Assembly (NCBI GenBank): GCA_904063045.1
Contig: CAJFCJ010000022.1
Location: 186,001 to 250,000, forward strand
Origin: Dimorphilus gyrociliatus
Taxonomy: Eukaryota > Animalia > Annelida
DNA: 64,000 bases
Direction: 5' to 3'
Shown here in pieces: positions 58,480-64,000 of this stretch. The notes under the pieces were generated by a model. That model was not told where the DNA came from and did not search any database. It saw only the letters and a list, made by a program, of their open reading frames with translations. Each line of letters begins with the position of its first letter. Position 1 is the first letter of the stretch. The translations under genes and the position numbers were made by a program.

Positions 58480-58592
58480 TCTGCCAAGTGGCTGGCGCGC
58501 GGCCAGACGTCAGCTGTGCTTATTTGCATTGATTGACAGCTAATGAATATTAATTATATGAATATGCAATAGTCTGGAAAATTTCCCGCCTA
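58480..58592. promoter_or_regulatory. Dense transcription-factor motif cluster (enhancer or CNE-like)
   Basis: GACGTCA, CAGCTG, ATTTGCAT octamer, TGATTGACAG (Pbx-Meis), two ATGAATAT words and TTTCCCGCC within about 100 nt. Confidence 0.6.
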
Positions 58593-59351
58593 GCTCATCG
58601 TCTCGCCTACGTTTTCTAAACATTTTTTATCTAAAATGTCAAAAAATTACCTTTCCGACTTTTAAATGATATTTCTAAAAAAATCATTTAAACCCTTTTC
58701 TTTAATTTACGAAGACTCTAATTGTCCTAGTTTAGAGCATAGATTATTTTTTTTTTCAACAAACGATAAACGTCTTTTAGAACAACCTTGTACTCTCCTA
58801 AAGAATTGTTTCGTTCATTCCCTAATATCAGAACCTATTTAACAACACAGATAAAAATAAGAGTCGTTAAGATAAAATTCTTTTTTTCACGGACGAATAC
58901 TAGCGCCATCTATTAATAAAGTGAATTTTTCTTATAGCCGCCTATCGGCAAATAAATTATGAAGATAAAATAAACTCGACCAGAAGGAGTGTCGGTATTT
59001 TCACTTGAAGGAAATATTAAAAATTTTCCAATAGAACAGTATTTAATTAAAGATATTATACAATAATAAAGTTTTATAGAATGCCATGTACTATTTCCAT
59101 TAAAATAAGTTCTGTATCATTAGATTTGGTTTTTTTCACTTATATGTTTCAACCTTCTTTTATAACCATGCATACGAGGTGACCTTTGTTTTTTAAAATC
59201 TTGCCTAAAAACCAAAAAATACCATCAAATTACCTGTTCCTCCATTCTTGCGGTTATCCTTTACATATATAAGCAAAAAACTATCCGAAAAACAAAGTCA
59301 TAGATGCCTTTTTTTGGCAAGTATTCAAACTTGCGCTTTCTTCTGGACTTG

Positions 59352-59371
59352 ACGCCATTTTGTCACGTGAC
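59352..59371. promoter_or_regulatory. YY1-like CGCCATTTT abutting the E-box palindrome GTCACGTGAC; housekeeping-type promoter signature
   Basis: Sequence match; the associated gene was not identified. Confidence 0.5.
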
Positions 59372-62153
59372 GAAGCCGGCGATTTAGGCCTAATGGAACG
59401 GAAAATATTGAATAAATTCGATAAAAACCAGGCAAAAAATTAAAGAAAATACTTAAAATTTACTTGATTAGTTTGATACTAGTAAAAAAATTAATTTTAC
59501 AGAACTTTATTAAGAAAGATTATAATAATTTCATTATTACTCTATACATTGATAAGAACCGGTCCATTTACCCGGTATATAATAATTTTCAAGCGGTTCT
59601 TTAATTTTTACAACTCTAGATATATTTTAGAATATAAGTTGTGTCTGTAAAACGATAGTATGAAGTCAAATCAATTTTTAATTCAATTAATCAAATTAAA
59701 AATGATATAAATATAAATTATAAGGATGATTCTATTATTAGGATAAAGAGTAGTATACTTTATATTTATAGATCATACTATATGATTCATTTATTCGTTA
59801 CAGTCTTTAGTAGAACAATTTGATCTATATCAGAAAGAGAACATATCGAATAGAAATTAATTAAAGGCGAGAAATCTTATGACAGTTTCTTAATATAGTG
59901 TAGATAGTTTAAAATTGTATTTTAATTGAACAGTTAGAGAAAAGGAAAAGAAACTATATATATATATAGATTCGAGTATACTATATAAAGAATGAATAAG
60001 CTTTTCTTTTTAAAGCTTTATCCCGTATATTTCAATAGAAGTAAAATAAATGAACAGTATATATATATATATATATATTAGTATATTATCAATTAGATAA
60101 ATTTAATATCTTTACGGTCATTTCATTTTTTTTCTCTTTATAACAAAGTTCAATAGAGTTGAATGAAGCAGGAATGGATTATAAAAATAATTCTCTTTTG
60201 AACAGACTATATTGATAATTTTTTTTTCTTTCCTTTTTAACTTTAAACGTTCTGTATCTATTTAGTGAACGGTTAGATACGTACTGTCTATATATAAATC
60301 AGTATGTCTATCTTTCTTGTACACTTACTTTTCAAGATTATAATATGTTTCAACCTTTTACAGTGCACTTGAAATACTATACTTTCCGCTTATATAACAA
60401 AAAGATGATAAATATAACTTTATTAATACATAAATAGTAGTGTAAATTTATTTTAGAATACTAGAATATTTCTTTTATAGAGTGTCTCAAACTTTTATGT
60501 TTAAGGATTATCTATTCAAAAAAAGGGAGGCGAGAGGGGTGGGAAGGCAACTGACAGATAGGCGGAGAAAAGTACGCAAGTAATAGGGTTTTTCTCTCCC
60601 CAACTACAAACTATAGTTTAAATATAGGCTATTCAACTATTCTTTAAGCGGAAAAATGTTATCTAATTATGTTATATAATTAAAAATTATCACCTTTTAT
60701 TCGCTGATAATATTGTTAATGTAGGAAGTTTCTCTTAATTTCGTTTATTGTACTAAACATTTAAGTATTGAATAAACTCTGTTACATTTTTTTAAACAGC
60801 TGGTATAGAAGTTGATCTCTTCTTTTGACATGTTTTACCAATCTGTTATTTTCACAGTTTATAGTAACAATTTCACTCTGTCATCCGTAACAAAAGAGAT
60901 TAGTGTCAATTTTTTATCGACTGGACAAAAAATGTTTCGCTTAATTAGAGATAATTAATAATTTACCGTTTTTGATATAATCTTGTAAGAGTACTCTTTT
61001 GTATTTTTTTGGAAAGAAAAGTTGATAAGGAAAGGGTCAGAAGGAAAGAAAGAAAACTTTTCATCACTTCTATGCTTTTTCTCATCCGTCGGCTAGGGAA
61101 TTTCCATAATTTAATTGTGTATATTTAATCTGTGATGAGATAAATCATATAAAAATAATGCATTTTTATATATTACAGCCTTTAATCCTATTCTTTTTTA
61201 GTTTACTTTGTACAATCCTATAACTAATAGCGTTTTTTTTTTGGATCCAACTAAAAAAAGAAGTAGTTTGCACAACGTTAGCTGCTTCTTTCAAATGTAT
61301 GAAAAAGGTCAAGAGGTTAACTATGTTAAATAAAAGCCATTATAAAATTCAATGTTTCAATCGGAGCTATTGTTCACTTTCAATTGGAGAGAAATTTTCT
61401 ATAATTTGTCTTTTTTAGTTCAATTTTAATCGTGGATCTATCATTAAGTTGACCCAATTTCACTTTTAAATTTATCAACGGAAAGAATAAACAGGGAAAA
61501 AGATAAATAACATCGGATCTATAAAAGAGACTACAGAGGAAAAATTACTTATATAATGAAACATCGCAGATGTAGAGGAAAGAATATATAGTACTTAAAG
61601 TCGATTTTTATTCTAAGCTTTGCAATCTTTTTTCCTCCCATTCTTCATCCATTATATCCACCTATCTACCTATCTATCTATATATCTTTCTCTCTTCACT
61701 GGGTAGAAATCTGTTGAATAATAGATTATGGAAATTCTAAATAATCTTTAGATGTATAATACTTTTTTTGTCAATTAGATTTGCTCTTCTTCGCTGTCCT
61801 TTGTTAAAGAGAATTTTTTTTATAGATAGCATGAAGAAACGAATATAGACATAAATCATCTTTATGCAATGAAGCTAGGTGGGAAAAGGTCTATCAATTA
61901 CTCTAAATTACTTTAGCAATGGAACAGCCACATAATATATTCAAGTAAATAGACTGTAGATAAAAGATCGGAATATTTGAAAGTGAGAAAGATATTGAAA
62001 ATTTCATGATATAGAATTATATAAAGGCTGTAGTTAGTTAGGTGTAAAACCTTTTTGTATAAAGGAAAAAAAAGTTGTAGCATAATTGTTCACATCTATT
62101 AGATAGAATTCTTTATTAATTTGCTATTATTTAGATATAAAAGAGCAAACATT

Positions 62154-63518
62154 TTATCTTACCACAGGGTCTACAGCATTTGATCTATGCTTTGAACAAC
62201 ATCGATACATTGCACAAAAGGAACAAGAGCTCCTTAACGACTTTGAAAAATGTTCAATAGTTATACAATATATTATAAAATTGCTGCTGGATGACGTCAT
62301 TTCAAGTATATTTGCTAAAAGTCTGAACACGATATACTGCAGTTGATAAATACTGCATTTACCAAATATGGATTTGTATACACCGTATTGACTAATACAA
62401 TCTGGAAAATGCCCGATTAAGAATACTACCGAGACACTAATTAACATAACGCTCACTTTGTACTGAATATTTGTATGGTCTGAAGTATGATTAAGATTTT
62501 TTATAGACTTTTTAACTTTTGAAACAGAATTTACTAATAGCATATTAAAAATGAACACAAGAATTAAAGGTATAAACTTTGCGAGCGTTACACGAATCCA
62601 AGAGTAAATAACGAAATCATTAGATGCTCCAAATGCAGTATTTAACATCCTGTATCTTGGTCCGCTAATTTTCTTACGAAAGAAATACGGTATGTTGATG
62701 ATAATCGACAGCAAAACTATTAAAACTGGAAAAAGAAAAAATCATTTATAACAGTTATTATTGTTATTATAAATAATATTTTTTATCTGCAAATGAAAGA
62801 AAGATACATTTTACAGTACAGTATTGAAAGACTAGTTATGTAAGAGTTTTTTGTTTTTCTCTACTCTACTTACAGCATATTTTCCTCGCTATTCTTTTCT
62901 CATCGTACTTTTTAATCATTAATAAACCTTTTCGTATTTGTACGTATCTCTCCAAAGTTACAGCTGCAGTTGTCCATACTGTGCACGTTGCTGCTATATT
63001 TCCCAAAGGTATATAAATATAAACCTCGTAAATTCTTTTCAGTAGTATATTACTATTCTTTGTTGTTCCGCATCTGAAAATATTCGAAAATTGGGCCCAT
63101 TCATTTAAAACAAATAGAATAGGGGACAAGATCTTAACTTTTAAAACCCTCCTACATACCCGAGGCATCTAGATAAGCCTATAGGGAGGACGATTATTAA
63201 TAAAGATAAATCGGTCAAAGCTATAGAAGTGAGATAAGTATAAATTGGCCATTTAAATGCTTTTTGACAGAATATAAAAATGTTTAGAAGGTTTAGAACT
63301 ATTCCAATTGAGCAAATAGTTGGTACGACGTATATATATCCAATGAGTTCAGCACTTTTTGCCACTTCGTTGGAATATACTGCAAAAACAAAATTGAAAA
63401 TAATAAGAATACAAATATGCTTCCATAAATTTTGAAATGATATGTTCTATATCTAACATTCTATTACATCCTTAGAACATTCGCCAAAGCTTATGTTTAA
63501 TTCCATTGAATTTGCCAT
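62154..63518 (-). CDS. Class A peptide GPCR, FMRFamide-receptor-like; exons 63518-63458, 63379-63160, 63073-62874, 62725-62154 (350 aa)
   Basis: GIVLNLLN (TM1), YLTSIALTD (TM2), WTTAAVTLERY (TM3), INIPYF (TM4), KFIPLILVFIFN (TM5), VFLIGHFP (TM6), SSSSNFIIY (TM7). GT-AG introns, 1053 nt total. Confidence 0.9.
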
Positions 63519-64000
63519 TATGAATGACTATAAAGTTTGACATAGTTTTTGTATTTTATGATTTTGGACGAATATCTTATTGGATGCAGTAAGTGTTTAT
63601 CAAATAGATAAGAAAAAGCGTTTCCCGCTCATTTATCACCATAAAATACATTTGGTATGATTATTTTATTCATAGGCTTAAAAATTTTCCTTTATTTCTA
63701 GCTAAGGTATTAATGAGAAGAATGCTACTAGCATTGCTCTTACTAACTTTCCAATAAATCGTTAGAAATATAATTTCTTCCCCTATTCCGTTACAATATA
63801 GTATATTTTGTTTTTTATTTCTGTTTAAGAATTCACACAGTATAAACACACACGTATATATACAGAAATTCAAATATATATATATATAGATATATATATA
63901 TGTATATAGATATCATATTAATGGTTTTATCAATTCTGAAACAATATTCAAAGCAAATTTTAATAGAATCTAGTTTTTAAACTTGAATTAATTAAAGTTT

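Overview
Eukaryotic (animal) genomic DNA, AT-rich (roughly 70% by eye) and compact, with mostly 45-150 nt introns. It resembles a small-genome lophotrochozoan, possibly a miniature annelid such as Dimorphilus (inference only). The left 29 kb is gene-dense: an orphan class-A GPCR, a C-type-lectin/WSC membrane protein, an unknown S/N-rich protein, dCMP deaminase head-to-head with a PAR-like bZIP gene, a small single-pass membrane protein, and a GLIS2-like zinc-finger gene head-to-head with TFAP4/AP-4. About 33 kb with no recognisable gene follows, containing GC-richer motif islands. A 4-exon FMRFamide-receptor-like GPCR lies at the right end. Exon structures were assembled by hand, and for the well-supported genes the exon lengths sum to whole codons. 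Best leads: (1) a 603-nt GC-AG intron in the first GPCR whose ends form a 15-bp stem that starts exactly at the GC donor; (2) the GLIS2-TFAP4 divergent pair, the same arrangement as on human 16p13.3, next to an enhancer-like desert; (3) many TA-CAG/CTG-TA words in TA-rich context that match Tc1/mariner excision footprints; (4) an overlapping uORF on the bZIP gene; (5) a WSC domain nested inside a C-type lectin domain. No rRNA, tRNA, CRISPR array or intact transposon was recognised.
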